A DNA stretch of 64,000 nucleotides from Balanoglossus misakiensis. Lineage: Eukaryota > Animalia > Hemichordata. This document shows positions 44,553 to 54,380 of this stretch, piece after piece. The position numbers were made by a program, and so were the translations under genes. Location of the stretch: the NCBI GenBank assembly GCA_040954595.2, contig JBECUI020000030.1:1-64000 (forward strand). Direction: 5' to 3'. Below the pieces are notes generated by a model. The model saw nothing but the letters and a program-made list of their open reading frames with translations. It ran no database searches and was not told the origin of the DNA. Within the stretch, counting starts at the first letter, position 1. Each line of letters opens with the position of its first letter.

Positions 44553-45299
44553 TTAATCCCTCTGAGCTGTCTTATTATAAATGACCGGCATTTGTCCCTT
44601 CCATCTATTCCATAGCTTATTTTCTGTAATTAATTCCGCCATAAAATGACCAACATTAATTCGGCTTGTTCTTCCTGCATCAAAAATCGCACTTCTAATT
44701 GGTGACGGGTAAACTTCGTATTCGGTCACTTTATCTTCATTTACTAAACCATCTGGTCGAACCGTTACCCACTCAATGAAATTATCTTTTTGACCAATAT
44801 TAGTCCGTAAATAATCCGCTGCCTTTTCATTATCCCCGTGCGGAGGCAATAGCAATCGAATTAATCCTACCACGAGTTTTTGACCGGTTGAAATAGGTTC
44901 ATTCAGATCTCTGTTTTGATTGCCGGCAGTATTCATTAATACAAATTTTACTGGCTCTCCTGGATTATGCTCGGATGCATTCTTTTTAATTGCATTACAA
45001 AGGTTGATAACCGCGTCAGTTACTAGTTTTCGAGGTTTTCCAAACATTCCTTTCCATGTCAGATTATGACCTAAACATGAAGCGACTGCGTGACAACCCT
45101 CGAGGTGTTTTGCCATATCAGCGTCCCCAATGTCCAAAACGCTAGCTTGAATGATGCATACGCTATCATTGTTTTTCCATAATTCAGGCAACTTTTCAGG
45201 AGAACGAACAATCAGCTTAACCTTGTGCCCTCTTTGTAGCAGTTGCTCTACTAATTGTCTTCCCGTTGCTCCACTTGCCCCAACTATTAATGTTGTCAT
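44553..45299 (-). CDS. NAD(P)H-binding atypical SDR oxidoreductase
   Basis: IVGASGATG Rossmann motif, VRSPEKL, WVTVRP. Confidence 0.82.
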   Translation of the reverse strand: MTTLIVGASGATGRQLVEQLLQRGHKVKLIVRSPEKLPELWKNNDSVCIIQASVLDIGDADMAKHLEGCHAVASCLGHNLTWKGMFGKPRKLVTDAVINLCNAIKKNASEHNPGEPVKFVLMNTAGNQNRDLNEPISTGQKLVVGLIRLLLPPHGDNEKAADYLRTNIGQKDNFIEWVTVRPDGLVNEDKVTEYEVYPSPIRSAIFDAGRTSRINVGHFMAELITENKLWNRWKGQMPVIYNKTAQRD

Positions 45300-45743
45300 A
45301 ATATGTCCCCCATATGTACGTACTTATACTCCTATTATCTAGTAGTATTTCTCAGAACTACTGGTAAAACAGTATAGCTTGAATGCAAAAACAAACATAG
45401 GAGGGACTTGCAGAGATTCTATTGGCTGAAATCAAGTTAGGATGACTAAGTAATAAAAATATTGTAGAGGGACATGTCCAACTTGCATAAAGCCTTGGAT
45501 AACATTAAAATTTAATCAGTTAATATATGAATAAAATTTTACATAATATGTAATTTATTATAGCTGTTAGTAGTGTAAACATCTATACCCTTGCTGGCAT
45601 AGTTGCGTAACATTATACGTAACTTGGAAAAAAATCTTCTAACAGAGAATAAGAGATGCTAGACTTTTATAGGGGAATAAAAAAACTTATCCAGCCATGA
45701 ATTCGTTAATGACATAAACTTATCTTTAGGATACAATAATAAT

Positions 45744-46667
45744 ATGAATGATATTACTATTTCCAAGGAATACAATAAGACAGCACATGCTATAATATAT
45801 CACGGCTCTTGTTTGGAGTTACTAAAAGATATACCAGATAATTCTATTGAACTTATTGTTACATCACCTCCATATAATATTGGAAAAGAATATGAGAAAC
45901 GCACTAACATTGAAACTTATCTTGAGCAACAAACAGAAATAATTACAGAGTGTTATCGTGTGTTGTCAAATTCTGGAAACATTTGTTGGCAAGTGGGCAA
46001 TTTTGTAAATAAAGGAGAAATAATACCACTTGATACCGTACTCTATCCAATATTTAATAAACTTAGATTAAAAATGCGAAACAGAATTGTGTGGCATTTT
46101 GAGCATGGACTACATTGTACAAAAAGATTTTCTGGTAGATATGAGACTATAAATTGGTTTACAAAAACTGATAACTACACATTTAATTTAAACCCAGTTC
46201 GTGTGCCACAAAAATATCCTGGGAAAAAGTATTTTAAAGGACCCAAAGCAGGCCAATACTCATGTAATCCATTAGGGAAAAATCCAGGCGACTTATGGCA
46301 AATACCAAATGTAAAAAATAATCACCCAGAAAAAACAGAACATCCTTGTCAATTTCCAGTTGAATTAATTGAACGTCTTGTTTTATCTATGACTAAAGAA
46401 AACGATACAGTATTTGATCCATTTTTAGGAACTGGCACTTCAATTTTAGCCGCATTAAAAAATAAAAGAAAAGGGATTGGTTCAGAAATAGAAAAAAAGT
46501 ATATCAATTTAATCAATAAACGACTTAAAGAATTCCAAAATGGGAATTTAAAAACAAGACAAATGAACAAACCAATATATGACCCATCAAAATCAAATAT
46601 CAGCTATTTGAACTTTCGAAATGAAGAGCAATCAAAACTTTTTGAGAAACAAGCAAGTTATAAATGA
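45744..46667 (+). CDS. Type II DNA methyltransferase (beta class, probably N4-cytosine)
   Basis: VTSPPY motif IV before HPCQFP and DPFLGTG motif I; overlaps the endonuclease start (ATGA). Confidence 0.9.
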   Translation: MNDITISKEYNKTAHAIIYHGSCLELLKDIPDNSIELIVTSPPYNIGKEYEKRTNIETYLEQQTEIITECYRVLSNSGNICWQVGNFVNKGEIIPLDTVLYPIFNKLRLKMRNRIVWHFEHGLHCTKRFSGRYETINWFTKTDNYTFNLNPVRVPQKYPGKKYFKGPKAGQYSCNPLGKNPGDLWQIPNVKNNHPEKTEHPCQFPVELIERLVLSMTKENDTVFDPFLGTGTSILAALKNKRKGIGSEIEKKYINLINKRLKEFQNGNLKTRQMNKPIYDPSKSNISYLNFRNEEQSKLFEKQASYK

Positions 46668-47275
46668 AAATACAAGAAACTTACTCTCATTTAAACGGTT
46701 TAGAATATTTAATTGTGCATAAACCAAAATTATGGCAGGAAATTAAAATAATCATTAAAAAAATTGATGCTGAAAAATGTAAAACTAAAGTTTCCAAAGA
46801 GAAACGTATGGAGGGAAAAATCCTTTATAGCCCTGTAGACATGAATAAAGCATTTAAAGAAGAGCTTGAGAAATTAGATTGGTCTGAAAGTAGAGTGAAT
46901 TATTGGGTTACAAAAGATGAAGAATTAATACGTAAAACATTAACTATGACACCAGATTTACAAAAGCGCACAATTGCATCTGCTGGTTATCAGCCAATTT
47001 CAAGTTATAATCAAACAGATTTTGTAAAAGACAAAGTAGCTATTGAAGTTCAATTTGGTAAATACTCCTTTGTCGCATTCGATTTATTTGTTAAACATTT
47101 AGCATTTTTTGTTGCTAATCAAATAGATGTTGGAATTGAAATATTGCCGATGAAGAAACTTCAGCAACAAATGAGTTCCGGTGTAGGGTATTATGAAGGT
47201 GAACTATATAACGTTATTAGACAAGGTCGTGCTGTACCTGCTGTTCCCCTGGTAGTTATTGGGATAGAGCCGTGA
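46664..47275 (+). CDS. BglII/BstYI-family type II restriction endonuclease
   Basis: 203 aa; YSHLNGLEY, SYNQTDFVKDKVAIEVQFGKY (D...ExQ active site), VPAVPLVVIGI closely match BstYI as recalled. Confidence 0.88.
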   Translation: MKIQETYSHLNGLEYLIVHKPKLWQEIKIIIKKIDAEKCKTKVSKEKRMEGKILYSPVDMNKAFKEELEKLDWSESRVNYWVTKDEELIRKTLTMTPDLQKRTIASAGYQPISSYNQTDFVKDKVAIEVQFGKYSFVAFDLFVKHLAFFVANQIDVGIEILPMKKLQQQMSSGVGYYEGELYNVIRQGRAVPAVPLVVIGIEP

Positions 47276-47597
47276 TATGAAATGGTACTCCTTTAAAAGA
47301 ATGTACATGTTGTTGTTGCGTACAACAGCGGATATGAAGTTATGCTCACTTCAGTCGCTTATTGCGGTCACTGTAGTTTTGTATGGACATGACTACAGCA
47401 GTTTAACATAAATATTAAAGTAAAAATATTTATGAACAGAAAAATTAAAAATAGATTTTAATCCAAGAACCTCAGACTCGGTGATATAAAAAGATAAGCA
47501 TTCTTTTCGCACATCATTCATTTCGTGCCCCAATACATTGTCAGTAATATCGTAGAAAATCCCCCCCACCCCCCATCAACCAATACCCCCCATTGTT

Positions 47598-48170
47598 TCA
47601 AGGCCCCGGATTGTATTCTTTCAGAATCCCCTGGAATAATAAGTCATCAATATTAATGTCTCGCAGAAAATCCATGTGATGTTGCAATTCATCCGCAATG
47701 TAAGACATGCGGATTAATACAATCTCTATATCATGCTCCCTAGCCATTTTCATAGCAGGTATTAAATCCGTATCCCCCACAATAAAAATTATTCTATGTA
47801 TCTTATTTGCCATGATAATTCTAACAACATCTAAAGCTATTCTAATGTCGACACCTTTTTGTACGAATATTGGCTCACCCTGTGTTGCTATCTTTTTTAA
47901 TGTTCCTAATCTAACTGCAAAATGCTCTTTCTTAGATAGTTTCGCAATTAATTCATCGTTTCTAATTCTTTTAGGGATGAAATCTGTTTGATTTCTATCT
48001 TTATAAGACTTGCAGTCATAATATAGCACCTTATGTAAAACTTCTGTTTCTCTATCAAGACTTACTTCAATAATATTAGTTATAGCTACTTCATTAACAA
48101 ATACTTGCTTTTCTTTTAATACATGATGCAAATACCCTGCATCAATTAATACGCTTACCTTTGTTTTCAT
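47598..48170 (-). CDS. NYN (LabA/DUF88, PIN-fold) domain RNase-like protein
   Basis: VLIDAGY, YYD, QKGVD, GDTD catalytic acidic motifs. Confidence 0.85.
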   Translation of the reverse strand: MKTKVSVLIDAGYLHHVLKEKQVFVNEVAITNIIEVSLDRETEVLHKVLYYDCKSYKDRNQTDFIPKRIRNDELIAKLSKKEHFAVRLGTLKKIATQGEPIFVQKGVDIRIALDVVRIIMANKIHRIIFIVGDTDLIPAMKMAREHDIEIVLIRMSYIADELQHHMDFLRDINIDDLLFQGILKEYNPGP

Positions 48171-48179
48171 ATACACCAC

Positions 48180-48199
48180 AAAAAAGCCCCTTGTGGGGC
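48180..48199 (-). terminator. Intrinsic terminator between the NYN promoter and start codon
   Basis: Minus strand GCCCC-ACAA-GGGGC-TTTTTT, ending just before the ATG at 48170. Confidence 0.65.
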
Positions 48200-48290
48200 A
48201 CTGATAATTTACTTACAATTATATCATAAAGCGAGAAAAAAATAGCAGCTGCTATTGAATAAATAAGGGAATACTCATACATTATATATA

Positions 48291-49559
48291 ATGGTAAGCG
48301 ATATAGAAAAAGCAGAAAAACTGATCAACAACATCAATAGTTTTAATAACAAAAGACTTGCCTCCGTTCAAGAGTTAATCGCCTCTTGTCGAGACATTTC
48401 CAACCGGCTGGAAAAAATACGGCATGCTTATCACATCGACCGAGATATCGGCTTTAATATCTTTACGACAATTTCCGACCAATATGACAAAGAAAATCTT
48501 CACAGTGACATTTTGAAAAAAATACTCGATCCCAACACACCGGGAATCGGTAATATCACCTTCTTGAACCGTTTTATCGAACTATTAAATAAAAAAGCAA
48601 ACACGCGCAATCTCAGCATCGCCACTTTTGGTAAGGATGTGGAAGTCCTCCGGGAAGAAGAGTATATCGATATTTTGATCCGCGACGATACGAGAGCCAT
48701 TATTGTAGAAAATAAGATTAATGACGCAGCCGATCAGGAAAACCAGTTGCCCCGCTATGTGGAAACCGTCGTGAAGAAAAAGCAGCTAAAGGTGGAAGCT
48801 GTAGTCTATATAACACGCACCCCGAGCAAAGCACCGGATGTGAAAACCTACAATAAAAAGTACCGCATGCTATTTCAGAAAGAGGTACTTGATAAAAATA
48901 AACTGGTTCATATCAGTGCAATTGATAAAGATCAAATCGATCTGACCCATTTCTTTCTTAAAAAATGTATTGATGAAACAAAAAACGAAGAGGCAAAGTT
49001 TTTTCTTTGCCACTATAAAGAACTCTTAAAACATCTTGGAGGTGAAATTATGACTGAAGGGTATGAAAAAGAACTATTGTCACTATTGTTAAAAAACAAG
49101 AACAACAGGACCATTACAAAAGACATTGTGGCTGTGGTAGATAAGCACAAAACCAAGACGGCACAAAGGATACAGGATTGTGTGGCAGATAAAATAGGAG
49201 AGGTAGTAAAGGGGGAAGGGAAATGGTATAAAAAAGATATAGGCGCCGGTATAGAACTTGGGTTTTGTTTGAATGGAGGCAAATGCTATGTCGCTTTTTA
49301 TAATAATAAGGAGAAATTTTGCCCACAACGTATTGAATCCCTGAAAGACATTATCAATAAGAGTCGCAATGAGCAATATTTCAAAGAGCCTGACTCAGGC
49401 CCCAACTACCCCGCCGAAGTCTGGGCATACCTTACTGCAGATTCTACGGATATAGCACTAGAGCTCGATAAATACGCTAAAATCATTGGCTCTACACTGC
49501 AAAAAATGGAAGACGCTTATCGAGCTGATCTGAAGCAAGAAACAGGTAACAAAACCTAA
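48291..49559 (+). CDS. PD-(D/E)XK nuclease-family protein (PDDEXK_4-like)
   Basis: FNIF...ENLHS..L..ILDP, REEEYIDILI, IIVENKI..A.DQENQL.RY. Confidence 0.82.
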   Translation: MVSDIEKAEKLINNINSFNNKRLASVQELIASCRDISNRLEKIRHAYHIDRDIGFNIFTTISDQYDKENLHSDILKKILDPNTPGIGNITFLNRFIELLNKKANTRNLSIATFGKDVEVLREEEYIDILIRDDTRAIIVENKINDAADQENQLPRYVETVVKKKQLKVEAVVYITRTPSKAPDVKTYNKKYRMLFQKEVLDKNKLVHISAIDKDQIDLTHFFLKKCIDETKNEEAKFFLCHYKELLKHLGGEIMTEGYEKELLSLLLKNKNNRTITKDIVAVVDKHKTKTAQRIQDCVADKIGEVVKGEGKWYKKDIGAGIELGFCLNGGKCYVAFYNNKEKFCPQRIESLKDIINKSRNEQYFKEPDSGPNYPAEVWAYLTADSTDIALELDKYAKIIGSTLQKMEDAYRADLKQETGNKT

Positions 49560-49704
49560 CCGCGAACATACCCATGCACGGGGTATATCCTCTCGCAGTC
49601 TCGTGGGATCAACATCATGCATCATCTAATACACACCCTCAAATAAATAATATAATTGACAATCTCACTCTTTTTTTTGTAGAATATTCCCCATAAGGAG
49701 TACA

Positions 49705-51141
49705 ATGAAATATACACACGATATTATTATACTCGGTGGTGGTGCAGGCGGTCTTACGGCTGCTGCAGGATGTGCCCAATTAGGCATGAAAACGGCATTG
49801 GTAGAACTCAAACACCTTGGTGGAGACTGTCTCCATTACGGCTGTGTGCCAAGTAAGACCCTCATTCATGCGGCATCAGAGTTTGCTTCCGTGCAACATT
49901 TTCCAAGCATTGGATTGCCGAAGCAGAAATCTGGACCTCTAAACATGAAAAACGTTATGGAGCATGTCCACAATGTTATCAGTATAATTTCAAAACATGA
50001 TAGTCCTGAACGCTTCACACAACTTGGTGCAGAAGTATACTTTGCACGCCCTCAATTCACCTCGCCCCATGAAATTACTTTGATATCCGATAGCGAACCG
50101 CAGAAGGTCATTTCATCGTCGCGTATCGTTATTGCTACCGGCAGCTCTCCTCGCCCACTTCCCATACCGGGGCTTGCAGAAACCGGCTACCTTACCAATG
50201 TTGATATCTTCTCCATCCACGAGGCTCCGAAGAAGCTTGTTATTATCGGCGCCGGGCCCATAGGAGTGGAAATGGCACAGGCATTTACTCGATTGAAATG
50301 TCAGGTTACCCTTCTGGAGGTCGCTCCCCGGATCCTCATTAACGAGGATGCCGACATTGCATCCTTCATGCAGGAACAGTTAGAGGCTGAAGGAGTTCAG
50401 ATTAAGACCGGTGTATCGATCCAGTCAATAGAAAAAGCCGACGACAAAAAAAAGATCCTGTTGCAAGACAATGCACCCATTACCTGTAATGAGATACTCG
50501 TTGCTGCAGGCCGCATGGGCAATATCTCGCTTCTATCACTAGATAATGCCGGTGTCCATACCGAGAAAGGATTTATTGTTACCGACTCCAAACTCCGTAC
50601 CTCTATGAAACATATCTTTGCGGTAGGTGATGTCAATGGGCGCTATCTCTTTACTCATGTTGCCGGTGCTGAGGGAGCACTGGTAGTACGACGTGCACTG
50701 TTAAGTGCAGGATGCACTATGAATTACCACAATATTCCCCGCGTTACCTACACCGATCCTGAAATTGCAGTTGTTGGAGTAACGGAAACAGAGGCAAAAA
50801 AGAACGGTATACCGTACACTGTGCATAAACAAGATATGAATACAGTCGATCGCTCACATGCAGAATCCGCTTCTCAAGGCTTTCTTAAACTCTTACTCGA
50901 CCGGTCTAGCCGTATTATCGGTGGACAGGTTGTAGCAAAACATGGCGGGGAACTGCTAACGCCACTACTCTATGCCGTACGCGACCGATGGCACATTGGC
51001 AAACTCCGTACCATGTATCCATATCCGGTTATGTCCGAAATACATGCAAAGGCAACATCGACGTTCTTTGCTCCTAAAATTTTTAATCCATCTATGCGGG
51101 GGATACTCCGATTTCTATACGGATACAGGGGAAAGAGATAA
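49705..51141 (+). CDS. Flavoprotein disulfide oxidoreductase (LpdA/MerA-like family)
   Basis: GGGAGG, GGDCLHYGCVPSK redox disulfide, GAGPIG; no C-terminal Cys pair or HPT motif. Confidence 0.85.
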   Translation: MKYTHDIIILGGGAGGLTAAAGCAQLGMKTALVELKHLGGDCLHYGCVPSKTLIHAASEFASVQHFPSIGLPKQKSGPLNMKNVMEHVHNVISIISKHDSPERFTQLGAEVYFARPQFTSPHEITLISDSEPQKVISSSRIVIATGSSPRPLPIPGLAETGYLTNVDIFSIHEAPKKLVIIGAGPIGVEMAQAFTRLKCQVTLLEVAPRILINEDADIASFMQEQLEAEGVQIKTGVSIQSIEKADDKKKILLQDNAPITCNEILVAAGRMGNISLLSLDNAGVHTEKGFIVTDSKLRTSMKHIFAVGDVNGRYLFTHVAGAEGALVVRRALLSAGCTMNYHNIPRVTYTDPEIAVVGVTETEAKKNGIPYTVHKQDMNTVDRSHAESASQGFLKLLLDRSSRIIGGQVVAKHGGELLTPLLYAVRDRWHIGKLRTMYPYPVMSEIHAKATSTFFAPKIFNPSMRGILRFLYGYRGKR

Positions 51142-51149
51142 GCTTAGGC

Positions 51150-52160
51150 TCACCACGAAAAGCGATGAACCGTCCGATGGGAAAAAATATGTCCTTCAGG
51201 TAATACGACCGATGGGAACCGTGCATGATGCACACTATCAGGAAAGAACTGTGTTTCCATACAGAAGGCTGCCTGTGGCATGCTGGGTCGGTTGGTATCA
51301 AGTGCTTGCAACTTATTGCCTGTGTAAAACTGCATTCCCGGGAGTGTGCTTTCTATTTGCATCTGCCGATTACTCTGCGGATCACGGACAGATGCTACCG
51401 GTCTTACACGACCTACCTGCCAATCTCGGATAATATAACAATGATCATACCCACCTTTTTTATGTACAATAGGAAAGTCCGTACCAATAATCTTGGGAGT
51501 ACGAAAATCAAAGGGAGTATCAGCAACCGAGAGTATGGAACCAGTCGGAATCAAATCCGAATCAATTTCAAGGTATTCATCTGCGTATATAGTAACCTCA
51601 TGGTCCAGTATCGTATGGGATGAACCAAGATTCCAGTATGCATGATTGCAAAGGTTTACGATCGTGGTTGCGTCTCCCTTCGCATCAAAGGCAAAACAAA
51701 TTTCATTATGTTCATTCAAACTGATACGGGAATACACATCCAAATTACCGGGATAACCCTCTTCGCCATCTACACTTCGGTAATAACATGATACAGTACA
51801 GGTATCACCATCTTCTTCTGCTTCTGCCGCCCATCGCACTCGGCTAAACCCGGCTGGTCCACCATGCAAATGATTATCTCCGTCATTTGCACTCAGAGCT
51901 ATTCTCTGTTCATCGAGTATAAAGTAACTACGTGCAATTCGTCCGGCACATCGCCCGACAGTTGACCCAAGGTACGGATGTTCATCAATATACCGAGCAA
52001 AATCATCAAATCCAATAGTAACCTCTTGTATCCCATCCCTCCCCGGCACACGAACCGAGGTAAGAGTTGCCCCATATTCAAAAACTGTAATACTCATGCC
52101 GGACTTGTTTGTCAAGGTAAACGCCTTACCATGTATGGTCGTCATTGTCTGTATCTTCAT
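51150..52160 (-). CDS. galM: Aldose 1-epimerase
   Basis: NHLHGG, EEGYPG, NHAYWNL, GYDHC, FCMETQ. Confidence 0.92.
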   Translation of the reverse strand: MKIQTMTTIHGKAFTLTNKSGMSITVFEYGATLTSVRVPGRDGIQEVTIGFDDFARYIDEHPYLGSTVGRCAGRIARSYFILDEQRIALSANDGDNHLHGGPAGFSRVRWAAEAEEDGDTCTVSCYYRSVDGEEGYPGNLDVYSRISLNEHNEICFAFDAKGDATTIVNLCNHAYWNLGSSHTILDHEVTIYADEYLEIDSDLIPTGSILSVADTPFDFRTPKIIGTDFPIVHKKGGYDHCYIIRDWQVGRVRPVASVRDPQSNRQMQIESTLPGMQFYTGNKLQALDTNRPSMPQAAFCMETQFFPDSVHHARFPSVVLPEGHIFSHRTVHRFSW

Positions 52161-52304
52161 GTCTACATATCTAACTCTATCGTATTATATCATATTATAT
52201 CATCAAATCAATATCTATGAACATATAAAACATCTTACTTGACAATTAAAAGTATAATAAGTATTATCGACCTAGCTGGTGCACAGGAAGGTAGAGGGAA
52301 GATA

Positions 52305-52760
52305 TTGCGTAAATTAGCTCATAAAAAATTTATCCTTCGTGATAATATAGTATTGCAGTTACAGGCAACAGAAAAGTTTGCCGCTATAGAGGAACTGCTT
52401 AATGTTTTGGTGCAAAATAAATACGTTCAAGATCCCAAACTTGCCTTAACGGATCTCGTGGAACGAGAACGTAAAATGTCAACCGGGTTAGAACTTGGCA
52501 TTGCTCTTCCCCATGCCAAGACAAAGGCAGTGCAAGAATTAACAATGGCAGTTGGAATATCGGTTGATGGAATAGATTTTGATAGTTTTGATAACCAACC
52601 GACCCACATAGTAATTATGGTACTTTCATCAAAAGACCGATCAGGTCCGCATATAGAGATGTTAGCGCATCTCACACAAAAAATAAAGAATGTGGAAGTA
52701 CGCAAAGGAATACTAAGTGCCGATAATCCGGATACGATAGTTCAATTGCTTTCAGAGTAG
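52305..52760 (+). CDS. PTS EIIA (Ntr/Fru-type) domain protein
   Basis: ERE..MSTG...GIALPHAK phospho-His motif; start set at TTG after TTGACA-17-TATTAT promoter and GAGGG SD. Confidence 0.85.
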   Translation: MRKLAHKKFILRDNIVLQLQATEKFAAIEELLNVLVQNKYVQDPKLALTDLVERERKMSTGLELGIALPHAKTKAVQELTMAVGISVDGIDFDSFDNQPTHIVIMVLSSKDRSGPHIEMLAHLTQKIKNVEVRKGILSADNPDTIVQLLSE

Positions 52761-52766
52761 AGACTT

Positions 52767-54380
52767 ATGCACCACAATGTATCGATAATGGTGCTGCAAC
52801 TTGCTATCATTGTTATTGCAGCAAAACTACTTGGGTATCTATTTCAACGCTACATCAAATTACCCCGCGTGTTAGGTGAATTAATTGCAGGCATTATTAT
52901 TGGTCCCTACCTTCTAGGTGGCATAGCCCTTCCCTTTTTAGATATGGCTCCACTCTTTTCTTTGGAACCGGGTGAGCTTGTACCTGAGTCAATATATAAT
53001 TTTGCAACGGTAGCCTCCATTATTTTGCTTTTTCTCGCTGGACTGGAAACCGATCTAACTCGTTTTCTCCGCTTTTCCGGCATAGCTTCTGTTATCGCCA
53101 TTGGAGGGTTCATTCTTTCATTTTTTGTCGGCAGTATGCTTCCTGTACTCTTTATTCCCACCGTTACAAGTATTATGCATCCAACCGCCCTCCTATTAGG
53201 CACCCTTGCAACTGCAACATCGGTTGGCATGACCGCAAGGATCCTAACCGACCTGCAAAAGCTATCCACACCCGAATCGGTTAGTATCCTTACTGCAGCA
53301 GTTCTGGATGATGTGCTCGGTATCTTGCTCCTAACAGTTATTGTCGGTATTTTCCGCAGTAATGCCGACTTAACATCTATTGAATGGGGTGAAATCGGCA
53401 TGGTTGCCCTGAAGGCATTTGGATTCTGGATAGTTTGTAGTGTTATCAGCATTACACTTGCACCCAGTCTTATTCGGCGACTAAAATGGGTACATTCACT
53501 GGAAACAATTGTTGGAATTATTCTCGGTATCGCGTTTATTATGGCGTTCTTGTCCGAAATATCCGGTCTTGCCCTTATTATTGGTGGATACATTACCGGC
53601 CTTGCTCTTAGCCGAACCGATATAGCGAACGAACTGCGCGAACGCATGCATGGAATATATCAATTTTTCATCCCAATTTTCTTTGCTTCTATGGGCATGA
53701 TGATAAATATTTGGAGTTTCACCTCTGCCAACCTCTTGTTTGGAATAATCTTTGCATTTGGTTGTATTACTGCAAAAATTGTTGGATGCGGTTCCTGTGC
53801 ACTTATCAGCGGTTTTCGTTTGCGTGGTGCACTGCGCATTGGCATTGGAATGGTTCCCCGCGGTGAGGTTACCCTTATTATTGCCGGTACCGGATTAACG
53901 CTTGGAGCGCTGGATCAAAGCATGTTCGGGGTAGCATTTATTACTCTGTTTATTTCAAGCATTCTTGCCCCGCCCTTATTGCAGGCTGTCTTCAAGGGAG
54001 GAACACGCTACAAAGGGGACAGTACGGAGCAAGATGAACAAAATGATATTGTTATTCCCATTCCCTCATTGACGGTTGCCAATGTTCTTATTGAACGAAT
54101 CCTGACAACATTCCGTTCGGAAGAATACTTTGTGAATACGGTAAACCGTGAACGAACTGTACATCAAATACGAAAAGATACTGTACTTATTGTTCTTGAA
54201 CAAAAAACCAACGAAATACAGATTACATCCTCAAAGGATGATGCCGAGTTAATCCGTCTTCTTCTTGTTGAATCGCTTGTAGATTTACAAGATATATTCA
54301 AAGACCTACAAGACTTTAGAACCGGATCACACTCAATGGGAAAGAACATCTTACAGAATTTGTTTACCGACAATAACTAA
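52767..54380 (+). CDS. CPA2-family cation:proton antiporter with soluble C-terminal extension
   Basis: LPRVLGEL, GLETD, ATSV, AAVLDD, GMVPRGEV. Confidence 0.88.
   Translation: MHHNVSIMVLQLAIIVIAAKLLGYLFQRYIKLPRVLGELIAGIIIGPYLLGGIALPFLDMAPLFSLEPGELVPESIYNFATVASIILLFLAGLETDLTRFLRFSGIASVIAIGGFILSFFVGSMLPVLFIPTVTSIMHPTALLLGTLATATSVGMTARILTDLQKLSTPESVSILTAAVLDDVLGILLLTVIVGIFRSNADLTSIEWGEIGMVALKAFGFWIVCSVISITLAPSLIRRLKWVHSLETIVGIILGIAFIMAFLSEISGLALIIGGYITGLALSRTDIANELRERMHGIYQFFIPIFFASMGMMINIWSFTSANLLFGIIFAFGCITAKIVGCGSCALISGFRLRGALRIGIGMVPRGEVTLIIAGTGLTLGALDQSMFGVAFITLFISSILAPPLLQAVFKGGTRYKGDSTEQDEQNDIVIPIPSLTVANVLIERILTTFRSEEYFVNTVNRERTVHQIRKDTVLIVLEQKTNEIQITSSKDDAELIRLLLVESLVDLQDIFKDLQDFRTGSHSMGKNILQNLFTDNN

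Noticed and set aside
49705-51141. Mercuric reductase merA or true dihydrolipoamide dehydrogenase
   Set aside because: It lacks the C-terminal Cys-Cys pair and mer context, and lacks the HPTxxE motif and 2-oxoacid dehydrogenase neighbours; left at family level.
52907-53647. Long antisense ORFs opposite membrane-protein genes (also 58034..58615)
   Set aside because: No motifs or start signals; expected shadows of hydrophobic codon usage.
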